From Nemertoderma westbladi (lineage: Eukaryota > Animalia > Xenacoelomorpha): 64,000 nt of DNA. The stretch spans positions 5,576-69,575 of the forward strand of contig JAUCBJ010009146.1 of NCBI GenBank assembly GCA_032718475.1, written 5' to 3'. The position numbers were made by a program, and so were the translations under genes. The notes under the pieces were generated by a model. That model saw only the letters and a program-made list of their open reading frames with translations, ran no database searches and was not told the DNA's origin. Shown here one piece after another: positions 1-12,585 of this stretch (the first letter of the stretch is position 1; each line of letters begins with the position of its first letter).

Positions 1-1335
1 ATTGGTGTCTGTCGGTCTGCGAGAGAATGCAGCAGTGATGCTGCATATATATCACTCCGTCTAGTCGGTAAAGCTTCGACCCTTCAGCGTACCGCTCGCC
101 CCTTGCCATCCCTTTTGGTGTTGGTCCTAAAGCAACTCAAACGGCTTATCTCGGGGTCGGCAAGGACTATTGATTTATTTGTTATTAGCAATCTAAAATT
201 TACGACGATGACAGACAACTCCTTAATGGTAGCCCTACTATATGCTATGGCTTCGCACAATTCGTGGCTCGCCCCACAATACCAACACTATTTGGACGGA
301 AAAGTGACGAACTGGACCAATCTTTACCGCGAAATGAAGAAAGATTATAAAAAATTATACAGTGAAATTTAAAATAAAAGTGACGATTTGAAAAGTGACG
401 ATTTTATTATCTTATACAACATGTAACCTACATGTACACACATGGTTAAGGTTAGAACTCAATAGAAGCACAAAAAAATTATTAATAATAATAATAATAA
501 TTTGCGCTCAGTAGTAACAAAACATTTTATACTTGGGTTGCTTGGCGCGGCAGTACTGTGGTGTGCGTTGCAGTACTGTGATGTTCTAGAATAGCGAAAA
601 AAAATGAAGAGAGCTGCTGAGCTGAAGGTTTAAGAAGACGGTTGAACCGAGCCCGAACATCACGTCAGGCAAACGAGACTTACCGCTGCGCCGGTACTTC
701 ACTTTCCGTTCACTAGTACCCAAGGTATTGTCCGTGGTAATTTCCTGCACATTTAAGGCCCGGGTTCTTACCTTGAATCAATCCTCGCGCCCACGCGCTC
801 AGGCCCTTCGCGATTTCAGGTACGGCCCGCCCCCCCTACTCCACTCTGCTCGCTTCCTCTCCACTCCGATTTTCGCGTTTTTAGAATATTCGGTGACGGT
901 TCTATTTAAACACTATTCTGTAAACACTGTAGATATTTCTCTATTACATTTTAATATTTTACATTTATTTATCAACTAAATTAAATTCACCTTGCTAAAT
1001 TAAGACGTAAACATACAATTGCTATTTTCACTTAATTAACAGCTTTAATTTCTTTGCATTTCAGTTATTATTTTTTGCAGATTATAATATGAGAAATGTC
1101 TGAAGTAGCCTAAACATAAAGGTCGACGTTATTAGATAATTAATTTTACATTGAACGTCGATCACCATGGGTGATCTTCCACAGCAAACCCTTCCACTCT
1201 GTTTCCTAAAGGAATGCCTGTTCACCACCATGGGTGATCTTCCACAGTAAACCCATCCACTCTGTTTCCTAAGAGTACTAGTTCTAGTTCCTAGGAACTA
1301 GGAAAATTCTAGTTTTCAAAAATTTGTGCCCAAAC

Positions 1336-1557
1336 ATGTCATCAGCAGAGGAGATAAGTACCGCAAAACTCCGCCATGGTGCATTTAAAGGTCAAGTTAC
1401 CAGGAAAATGAAATCCCGCTATAAATTAATTAATATTTTAACAAATCAAGCAGTTGAAGAGCAGACAGCCCAGTCACTTTCTGAGTTAAATTCTCTTAAA
1501 GCTGGCGCTGAGGAGGCTTACATAAAATTCCAAAGTCCATCGAAAATCCGTCAGTAG
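1336..1557 (+). mobile_element. Possible BEL/Pao-type gag N-terminal fragment embedded in the array unit (also ~6237-6458, ~8685-8906)
   Basis: MSSAEEISTAKLRHGAFKGQVTRK resembles the basic helix opening BEL/Pao gag proteins; truncated where the common block begins. Motif recall only. Confidence 0.35.
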
Positions 1558-4500
1558 TCCGCCGGGTCTATCCCTTACTTTGCCTAGTGTCACCGTACCC
1601 CGAATCCTTTTCAGGCGCGTGATACGCTGACCAGCTCCGCCCGGCTGTCCATTGGTGTCTGTCGGTCTGCGAGAGAATGCAGCAGTGATGCTGCATATAT
1701 ATCACTCCGTCTAGTCGGTAAAGCTTCGACCCTTCAGCGTACCGCTCGCCCCTTGCCATCCCTTTTGGTGTTGGTCCTAAAGCAACTCAAACGGCTTATC
1801 TCGGGGTCGGCAAGGACTATTGATTTATTTGTTATTAGCAATCTAAAATTTACGACGATGACAGACAACTCCTTAATGGTAGCCCTACTATAATGCTAAG
1901 GCTTCGCACAATTCGTGGCTCGCCCCACAATACCAACACTATTTGGACGGAAAAGTGACGAACTGGACCAATCTTTACCGCGAAATGAAGAAAGATTATA
2001 AAAAATTATACAGTGAAATTTAAAATAAAAGTGACGATTTGAAAAGTGACGATATTTTGTTTATGTTTGTTTGTAAATGTAACTGATATAATTGATTAAA
2101 GTTTAATAGGAAAATGAATTGATTTATTTAGTTTCATTTATATGAAGATAAAATTACACAAAATAATTGTCACTGTGACCATAGTAATCAAATGAGTTTT
2201 TTATACTGTAATATAAGCCTACATTTACGAATTATTTGGTCAGTCAGAATTATTTATTTAGATTTTAACCCCCCAGAACTACGTTTAATACCCGTCTGTC
2301 TGGTCTGTCTGTGTCCCTCATAAGTCGGTCATTGGTCCATCGAAAATCCGTCAGTAGTCCGTCGGGTCTATCCCTTACTTTGCCTAGTGTCACCGTACCC
2401 CGAATCCTTTTCAGGCTCGTGATACGCTGACCAGCTCCGCTTGCCTGTCCATTGGTGTCTGTCGGTCTGCGAGAGAATGCAGCAGTGATGCTGCATATAT
2501 ATCACTCCGTCTAGTCGGTAAAGCTTCGACCCTTCAGCGTACCGCTCGCCCCTTGCCATCCCTTTTGGTGTTGGTCCTAAGGCAACTCAAACGGCTTATC
2601 TCGGGGTCGGCAAGGACTATTGATTTATTTGAGACATTTAAGGCCCGGGTTCTTACCTTGAATCAATCCTCGCGCCCACGCGCTCAGGCCCTTCGCGATT
2701 TCAGGTACGGCCCGCCCCCCCAACTCCACTCTGCTCGCTTCCTCTCCACTCCGATTTTCGCGTTTTTAGAATATTCGGTGACGGTTCTATTTAAACACTA
2801 TTCTGTAAACACTGTAGATATTTCTCTATTACATTTTAATATTTTACATTTATTTATCAACTAAATTAAATTCACCTTGCTAAATTAAGACGTAAACATA
2901 CAATTGCTATTTTCACTTAATTAACAGCTTTAATTTCTTTGCATTTCAGTTATTATTTTTTGCAGATTATAATATGAGAAATGTCTGAAGTAGCCTAAAC
3001 ATAAAGGTCGACGTTATTAGATAATTAATTTTACATTGAACGTCATTTGCGACAAATCAATAAACAATATTTGAATCCAGAATTAGTTGTCCTACATTTT
3101 GTATTTTTAGCATAAATTTTTTACACAACTGCGCATATCTGAAGTTATGAATCAATGAGATACAATTATTGGTAAGAAATCTAATTTTCAGTTCGGTTTC
3201 TAGTTATCTAAAAGCTCATAGCCGTGAACGAGAAACTCACGGGAGGCAACCCGAAGACTCATCAATCTTGGCTGTTATCTGTAAGGCAGAGAGGGCACCA
3301 CACTTACTCCCAATGTTGAATAATCATCACTAGCCAACCTCTTTCTTTACTCCCCCCAAATTCCAGGTTCCCATATCGATATATTAATAAAAATTATTAA
3401 TAATAATAATAATAATTTGCGCTCAGTAGTAACAAAACATTTTATACTTGGGTTGCTTGGCGCGGCAGTACTGTGGTGTGCGTTGCAGTACTGTGATGTT
3501 CTAGAATAGCGAAAAAAAATGAAGAGAGCTGCTGAGCTGAAGGTTTAAGAAGACGGTTGAACCGAGCCCGAACATCACGTCAGGCAAACGAGACTTACCG
3601 CTGCGCCGGTACTTCACTTTCCGTTCACTAGTACCCAAGGTATTGTCCGTGGTAATTTCCTGCACATTTAAGGCCCGGGTTCTTACCTTGAATCAATCCT
3701 CGCGCCCACGCGCTCAGGCCCTTCGCGATTTCAGGTACGGCCCGCCCCCCCTACTCCACTCTGCTCGCTTCCTCTCCACTCCGATTTTCGCGTTTTTAGA
3801 ATATTCGGTGACGGTTAGATTTTAACCCCCCAGAACTACGTTTAATACCCGTCTGTCTGGTCTGTCTGTGTCCCTCATAAGTCGGTCATTGGTCAGTCAG
3901 AATTATTTATTTAGATTTTAACCCCCAAGAACTACGTTTAATACCCGTCTGTCTGGTCTGTCTGTGTCCCTCATATGTCGGTCATTGGTCCATCGAAAAT
4001 CCGTCAGTAGTCCGCCGGGTCTATCCCTTACTTTGCCTAGTGTCACCGTACCCCGAATCCTTTTCAGGCGCGTGATACGCTGACCAGCTCCGCTCGGCTG
4101 TCCATTGGTGTCTGTCGGTCTGCGAGAGAATGCAGCAGTGATGCTGCATATATATCACTCCGTCTAGTCGGTAAAGCTTCGACCCTTCAGCGTACCGCTC
4201 GCCCCTTGCCATCCCTTTTGGTGTTGGTCCTAAAGCAACTCAAACGGCTTATCTCGGGGTCGGCAAGGACTATTGATTTATTTGTTATTAGCAATCTAAA
4301 ATTTACGACGATGACAGACAACTCCTTAATGGTAGCCCTACTATATGCTAAGGCTTCGCACAATTCGTGGCTCGCCCCACAATACCAACACTATTTGGAC
4401 GGAAAAGTGACGAACTGGACCAATCTTTACCGCGAAATGAAGAAAGATTATAAAAAATTATACAGTGAAATTTAAAATAAAAGTGACGATTTGAAAAGTG

Positions 4501-7500
4501 ACGATATTTTGTTTATGTTTTTTTGTAAATGTAACTGATATAATTGATTAAAGTTTAATAGGAAAATGAATTGATTTATTTAGTTTCATTTATATGAAGA
4601 TAAAATTACACGAAATAATTGTCACTGTGACCATAGTAATCAAATAAGTTTTTATACTGTAATATAAGCCTACATTTACGAATTATTTGGTCAGTCAGAA
4701 TTATTTATTTAGATTTTAACCCCCAAGAACTACGTTTAATACCCGTCTGTCTGGTCTGTCTGTGTCCCTCATAAGTCGGTCATTGGTCCATCGAAAATCC
4801 GTCAGTAGTCCGCCGGGTCTATCCCTTACTTTGCCTAGTGTCACCGTACCCCGAATCCTTTTCAGGCGCGTGATACGCTGACCAGCTCCGCTCGGCTGTC
4901 CATTGGTGTCTGTCGGTCTGCGAGAGAATGCAGCAGTGATGCTGCATATATATCACTCCGTCTAGTCGGTAAAGCTTCGACCCTTCAGCGTACCGCTCGC
5001 CCCTTGCCATCCCTTTTGGTGTTGGTCCTAAAGCAACTCAAACGGCTTATCTCGGGGTCGGCAAGGACTATTGATTTATTTGTTATTAGCAATCTAAAAT
5101 TTACGACGATGACAGACAACTCCTTAATGGTAGCCCTACTATATGCTATGGCTTCGCACAATTCGTGGCTCGCCCCACAATACCAACACTATTTGGACGG
5201 AAAAGTGACGAACTGGACCAATCTTTACCGCGAAATGAAGAAAGATTATAAAAAATTATACAGTGAAATTTAAAATAAAAGTGACGATTTGAAAAGTGAC
5301 GATTTTATTATCTTATACAACATGTAACCTACATGTACACACATGGTTAAGGTTAGAACTCAATAGAAGCACAAAAAAATTATTAATAATAATAATAATA
5401 ATTTGCGCTCAGTAGTAACAAAACATTTTATACTTGGGTTGCTTGGCGCGGCAGTACTGTGGTGTGCGTTGCAGTACTGTGATGTTCTAGAATAGCGAAA
5501 AAAAATGAAGAGAGCTGCTGAGCTGAAGGTTTAAGAAGACGGTTGAACCGAGCCCGAACATCACGTCAGGCAAACGAGACTTACCGCTGCGCCGGTACTT
5601 CACTTTCCGTTCACTAGTACCCAAGGTATTGTCCGTGGTAATTTCCTGCACATTTAAGGCCCGGGTTCTTACCTTGAATCAATCCTCGCGCCCACGCGCT
5701 CAGGCCCTTCGCGATTTCAGGTACGGCCCGCCCCCCCTACTCCACTCTGCTCGCTTCCTCTCCACTCCGATTTTCGCGTTTTTAGAATATTCGGTGACGG
5801 TTCTATTTAAACACTATTCTGTAAACACTGTAGATATTTCTCTATTACATTTTAATATTTTACATTTATTTATCAACTAAATTAAATTCACCTTGCTAAA
5901 TTAAGACGTAAACATACAATTGCTATTTTCACTTAATTAACAGCTTTAATTTCTTTGCATTTCAGTTATTATTTTTTGCAGATTATAATATGAGAAATGT
6001 CTGAAGTAGCCTAAACATAAAGGTCGACGTTATTAGATAATTAATTTTACATTGAACGTCGATCACCATGGGTGATCTTCCACAGCAAACCCTTCCACTC
6101 TGTTTCCTAAAGGAATGCCTGTTCACCACCATGGGTGATCTTCCACAGTAAACCCATCCACTCTGTTTCCTAAGAGTACTAGTTCTAGTTCCTAGGAACT
6201 AGGAAAATTCTAGTTTTCAAAAATTTGTGCCCAAACATGTCATCAGCAGAGGAGATAAGTACCGCAAAACTCCGCCATGGTGCATTTAAAGGTCAAGTTA
6301 CCAGGAAAATGAAATCCCGCTATAAATTAATTAATATTTTAACAAATCAAGCAGTTGAAGAGCAGACAGCCCAGTCACTTTCTGAGTTAAATTCTCTTAA
6401 AGCTGGCGCTGAGGAGGCTTACATAAAATTCCAAAGTCCATCGAAAATCCGTCAGTAGTCCGCCGGGTCTATCCCTTACTTTGCCTAGTGTCACCGTACC
6501 CCGAATCCTTTTCAGGCGCGTGATACGCTGACCAGCTCCGCTCGGCTGTCCATTGGTGTCTGTCGGTCTGCGAGAGAATGCAGCAGTGATGCTGCATATA
6601 TATCACTCCGTCTAGTCGGTAAAGCTTCGACCCTTCAGCGTACCGCTCGCCCCTTGCCATCCCTTTTGGTGTTGGTCCTAAAGCAACTCAAACGGCTTAT
6701 CTCGGGGTCGGCAAGGACTATTGATTTATTTGTTATTAGCAATCTAAAATTTACGACGATGACAGACAACTCCTTAATGGTAGCCCTACTATATGCTAAG
6801 GCTTCGCACAATTCGTGGCTCGCCCCACAATACCAACACTATTTGGACGGAAAAGTGACGAACTGGACCAATCTTTACCGCGAAATGAAGAAAGATTATA
6901 AAAAATTATACAGTGAAATTTAAAATAAAAGTGACGATTTGAAAAGTGACGATATTTTGTTTATGTTTGTTTGTAAATGTAACTGATATAATTGATTAAA
7001 GTTTAATAGGAAAATGAATTGATTTATTTAGTTTCATTTATATGAAGATAAAATTACACAAAATAATTGTCACTGTGACCATAGTAATCAAATAAGTTTT
7101 TATACTGTAATATAAGCCTACATTTACGAATTATTTGGTCAGTCAGAATTATTTATTTAGATTTTAACCCCCAAGAACTACGTTTAATACCCGTCTGTCT
7201 GGTCTGTCTGTGTCCCTCATAAGTCGGTCATTGGTCCATCGAAAATCCGTCAGTAGTCCGCCGGGTCTATCCCTTACTTTGCCTAGTGTCACCGTACCCC
7301 GAATCCTTTTCAGGCGCGTGATACGCTGACCAGCTCCGCTCGGCTGTCCATTGGTGTCTGTCGGTCTGCGAGAGAATGCAGCAGTGATGCTGCATATATA
7401 TCACTCCGTCTAGTCGGTAAAGCTTCGACCCTTCAGCGTACCGCTCGCCCCTTGCCATCCCTTTTGGTGTTGGTCCTAAAGCAACTCAAACGGCTTATCT

Positions 7501-9656
7501 CGGGGTCGGCAAGGACTATTGATTTATTTGTTATTAGCAATCTAAAATTTACGACGATGACAGACAACTCCTTAATGGTAGCCCTACTATATGCTAAGGC
7601 TTCGCACAATTCGTGGCTCGCCCCACAATACCAACACTATTTGGACGGAAAAGTGACGAACTGGACCAATCTTTACCGCGAAATGAAGAAAGATTATAAA
7701 AAATTATACAGTGAAATTTAAAATAAAAGTGACGATTTGAAAAGTGACGATTTTATTATCTTATACAACATGTAACCTACATGTACACACATGGTTAAGG
7801 TTAGAACTCAATAGAAGCACAAAAAAATTATTAATAATAATAATAATAATTTGCGCTCAGTAGTAACAAAACATTTTATACTTGGGTTGCTTGGCGCGGC
7901 AGTACTGTGGTGTGCGTTGCAGTACTGTGATGTTCTAGAATAGCGAAAAAAAATGAAGAGAGCTGCTGAGCTGAAGGTTTAAGAAGACGGTTGAACCGAG
8001 CCCGAACATCACGTCAGGCAAACGAGACTTACCGCTGCGCCGGTACTTCACTTTCCATTCACTAGTACCCAAGGTATTGTCCGTGGTAATTTCCTGCACA
8101 TTTAAGGCCCGGGTTCTTACCTTGAATCAATCCTCGCGCCCACGCGCTCAGGCCCTTCGCGATTTCAGGTACGGCCCGCCCCCCCTACTCCACTCTGCTC
8201 GCTTCCTCTCCACTCCGATTTTCGCGTTTTTAGAATATTCGGTGACGGTTCTATTTAAACACTATTCTGTAAACACTGTAGATATTTCTCTATTACATTT
8301 TAATATTTTACATTTATTTATCAACTAAATTAAATTCACCTTGCTAAATTAAGACGTAAACATACAATTGCTATTTTCACTTAATTAACAGCTTTAATTT
8401 CTTTGCATTTCAGTTATTATTTTTTGCAGATTATAATATGAGAAATGTCTGAAGTAGCCTAAACATAAAGGTCGACGTTATTAGATAATTAATTTTACAT
8501 TGAACGTCGATCACCATGGGTGATCTTCCACAGCAAACCCTTCCACTCTGTTTCCTAAAGGAATGCCTGTTCACCACCATGGGTGATCTTCCACAGTAAA
8601 CCCATCCACTCTGTTTCCTAAGAGTACTAGTTCTAGTTCCTAGGAACTAGGAAAATTCTAGTTTTCAAAAATTTGTGCCCAAACATGTCATCAGCAGAGG
8701 AGATAAGTACCGCAAAACTCCGCCATGGTGCATTTAAAGGTCAAGTTACCAGGAAAATGAAATCCCGCTATAAATTAATTAATATTTTAACAAATCAAGC
8801 AGTTGAAGAGCAGACAGCCCAGTCACTTTCTGAGTTAAATTCTCTTAAAGCTGGCGCTGAGGAGGCTTACATAAAATTCCAAAGTCCATCGAAAATCCGT
8901 CAGTAGTCCGCCGGGTCTATCCCTTACTTTGCCTAGTGTCACCGTACCCCGAATCCTTTTCAGGCGCGTGATACGCTGACCAGCTCCGCTCGGCTGTCCA
9001 TTGGTGTCTGTCGGTCTGCGAGAGAATGCAGCAGTGATGCTGCATATATATCACTCCGTCTAGTCGGTAAAGCTTCGACCCTTCAGCGTACCGCTCGCCC
9101 CTTGCCATCCCTTTTGGTGTTGGTCCTAAAGCAACTCAAACGGCTTATCTCGGGGTCGGCAAGGACTATTGATTTATTTGTTATTAGCAATCTAAAATTT
9201 ACGACGATGACAGACAACTCCTTAATGGTAGCCCTACTATATGCTAAGGCTTCGCACAATTCGTGGCTCGCCCCACAATACCAACACTATTTGGACGGAA
9301 AAGTGACGAACTGGACCAATCTTTACCGCGAAATGAAGAAAGATTATAAAAAATTATACAGTGAAATTTAAAATAAAAGTGACGATTTGAAAAGTGACGA
9401 TATTTTGTTTATGTTTGTTTGTAAATGTAACTGATATAATTGATTAAAGTTTAATAGGAAAATGAATTGATTTATTTAGTTTCATTTATATGAAGATAAA
9501 ATTACACAAAATAATTGTCACTGTGACCATAGTAATCAAATAAGTTTTTATACTGTAATATAAGCCTACATTTACGTTATTATTATTACGAATTATTTGG
9601 TTAGTCAGAATTATTTATTTAGATTTTAACCCCCCAGAACTACGTTTAATACCCGT

Positions 9657-9756
9657 NNNNNNNNNNNNNNNNNNNNNNNNNNNNNNNNNNNNNNNNNNNN
9701 NNNNNNNNNNNNNNNNNNNNNNNNNNNNNNNNNNNNNNNNNNNNNNNNNNNNNNNN
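9657..9756. other. Assembly gap (100 N)
   Basis: Run of 100 N within the tandem array. Confidence 1.
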
Positions 9757-10469
9757 CGTCGGCAAGGACTATTGATTTATTTGTTATTAGCAATCTATAA
9801 AATTTACGACGATGACAGACAACTCCTTAATGGTAGCCCTACTGTATACTAAGGCTTCGCACAATTCGTGGCTCGCGCCACAATACCAACACTATTTGGA
9901 CGGAAAAGTGACGAACTGGACCAATCTTTACCGCGAAATGAAGAAAGATTATAAAAAAATATACAGTGAAATTTAAAATATTCAATTTGGTCAATATCTC
10001 GGACTCGTGATGTTTTTGATTAAGCTAAGAAACATATAAATTTCAGCTAAGATATGGCCTACAGGTACATTTAAGCTAAGATACAGATACATTTTAAGCT
10101 AAGATAGAGATATATTTATGCTAAGATAGAGATACATTCAAGCTGCAGTATACAGTAAGATACATATTCACTTTAAAATTAGGCACGTTGAACACATGGT
10201 AAAACGGCCTTAACAAATGAAAGTTATAAAATAGCCGCCCATCCTAAGGAATATATATATATAAATAACAAAGAATAAATAGTAAGTTTGTGTACCAAAT
10301 ACGAGTTAAGAAAATGCGTTAATTTCGACCATTGTGTTTTTCCAACTGAAGAATACCAGAACCAGGTTTTCTTGTTAAAACCTGGTAGCCTATTCTTCCC
10401 ATTAATGCAGACAGAATTGGGTTACAAATCAACATCAGAAAGCAATTTTTTTAACTAACTAATATTAGT

Positions 10470-10911
10470 GAAAGCAGCTACTGACCGGACCCATTGAACG
10501 GACCCTTTGACCGGACCCATTGACCGGAACCTCTAAATACCGTATCGAAGCTTTACATATATTATATATTTGATTTATATTTTACTTGTGTATTATTGAC
10601 CGGACCCTTATTACCTCTACTTGGTGACCGGAGCCATTGACCGGACCCTTATTACCTCTACTTTGTGACCGAACCCTAAATTATAGCTTTTTCTTTTTAT
10701 GAACTGTTATAATCTGGGGTGAGTACAAAACAAAGACCCAATTAAATGACCTGCATAATCTTGTAACCTTTCGTTTATTGTTTTGGTCCCCCCTGCTCTT
10801 TTACTAACCTGTTCATTTAATGGCAATGGGTCCGGTCAATGGGTCCGGTCAACGGGTCCGGTCAACAGGTCCAGTCAATTGAGCAATGGGTCCTGTCAGT
10901 AAGTCTTTGCC
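10470..10911. mobile_element. Non-autonomous Mutator/MULE-like MITE with subterminal GACCGGACCCATT repeats
   Basis: Imperfect TIRs (TACTGACCGGACCCATTG left, CAATGGGTCCTGTCAGTA right) and a 9-bp direct repeat AATATTAGT at 10461-10469 and 10912-10920. Confidence 0.7.
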
Positions 10912-11719
10912 AATATTAGTGGCAGTGCGCAGTAGCAAGGACAACATTAAATGGTATGCTATTCAAAATTGCATTGAAATACAATTTTTATATCCATTCC
11001 CTCTTCTACAGAGGCACTCTTCTACATAACGATCGAATTCATTTAGCATTGACGTGACATAACACAATGCTCTCTCTCTCTTGTACTGCTTATTGGTTAG
11101 ACTAGTTTTGATTGGATAGAAACTTTACAATAGATCTGGCCAGCTGTAGTTGTTGGGGCGAAAGGGCCCACTGATTCTTTGTAATGGACGGCAACATTCT
11201 TTATCCTCTGTCAAGGGCATTAAGGGTTCCCGCCAGGACGGTATTTCTATATTGAAGAAGGTAATTACGATATTTCCATTTAAAGTTGTTAATATTTTAT
11301 AGTATAGATTTTTTTTTAGTATCACATTGCTATTTACGACTAATAATTTAGAACTTATTTGTAGCAATAGCCAATAGCCCTTCAGTGTTCAACAGTTATT
11401 TATTGTTACTATGGTGGCGGGAAAATAAACATAAAAATAAACGAATCAACTTGCCAAATAGATTATTTAATCTCCAGGCTCGAACCCTATGTAACTCAAT
11501 GTTGCATTGATACTAATTAATTTGTAGTGAATCATTTGTAGTAGTTCATCTGTATTAATAGTAATATTACACAGATAATAAGTTACCGTATCGGAACGGT
11601 ATTTCGAATAATTTTACATAAAGAACAGAAATGTGTTACAGATAGATTTAGTTAATTTACTGTTGAATTTGGGCACTTTAGTTAGGCTTGATACTTTCTG
11701 CTTTTATGATAGTATAATT

Positions 11720-11869
11720 ATGGATGAGACTGCTGCGTCTCAGAGTGACATTAGTTTCATTATCGAGGAACTACAATCTAAACTAGATGGGGCCGAACGT
11801 GAAACTCATAAACTCGTTGACTATCTTGGTTCCAACGTTGTCAAACATTCTGAGATTGTGTTACACAAG
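11720..11869 (+). CDS. CCDC150: CCDC150-like coiled-coil protein, exon 1
   Basis: ATG at 11720 (MDETAASQ...VLHK), donor AAG|GTTGGT in phase 0, joins in frame to the acceptor at 12585/12586. Confidence 0.65.
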
Positions 11870-12585
11870 GTTGGTTTGCGTTTCATTTTAGCATCAACTA
11901 TATTTACTAACTCACTAGCCGAATAGTAGCCTCTAAATAAATGGATATAGTTGAATTGGGTATCTAAATACAGTAGGCCTATACCTGTTTTTCAACCTAG
12001 GTGGGATCTATAAACCCCAGGGATGTAAAAAGACCCCTGGGATACCCGAGACCAATAACACCTAGTTTGCCAGATAGTAGGCCAAATAACAATGCGTTTT
12101 TTTTAAATCCGGCGAATTTCTCCATGTTGAATTTGGTAAATGATATAAATTATTTTAACTAAACAATAATCCATTTCAGTATTTTTTACCATTATCATTA
12201 TCAATTAAAACATTTAAAGTTTTCATGAGGAGTGTAAATAAATAATTTAGTACAAAGCGACGAAGCCGGAAAGATTAAGCAGAAACATCTTGTTGCATCT
12301 TGTTAGTGTTGTAGCTTCCCAAATTTAACAGTTTTTTTGTTATTTCTTTAAATTTGCTTCTTTTTATTAATTTAATTATATTTTCCTCTTTGGGGCTTCA
12401 CTCAATTAGCAGCCTTCGGCTTGACCTCATGAAACTTCCTTCATTAGGGTTAAACATCCGATCAACTGGCTACTTGCATGCAACATTGGTCTCCAGTTGC
12501 TTTTTAGTTTCTGTGATTATAAGTGATAAACTTTTCTACTTAATTTAAATATATCAACAATAACAATATTGCTTTGTTTATTTAG

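Larger units (their letters stand above)
1..9976. repeat. Complex tandem array with a 2448-bp higher-order unit (798-bp + 1650-bp subunits sharing a common GC-rich block), interrupted by an assembly gap
   Basis: Block ATCCGTCAGTAGTCC...GGACTATTGATTTATTT recurs near 1547, 2347, 4000, 4798, 6448, 7246, 8896 (4798->7246 and 6448->8896 both 2448 bp); the ORF track repeats the same short ORFs; rearranged copy at ~2630-3820; more diverged partial copy after the gap. Confidence 0.95.

Noticed and set aside
780-850. Weak resemblance to reverse-complement 28S rRNA, and 5S/snRNA/spliced-leader candidates in the array
   Set aside because: Universally conserved flanking rRNA motifs, 5S boxes and Sm-site layout were not found; an Rfam search would settle it.
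1568-1759. 63-aa minus ORF MARGERYAEG... repeated in the array
   Set aside because: Recurrence only reflects array identity; no motif or gene signals.
10020-10160. Short ~24-bp tandem (AAGCTAAGATA); also small duplications at 32970-33165, 43370-43455, 56900-57225
   Set aside because: Ordinary local slippage duplications with no further structure.
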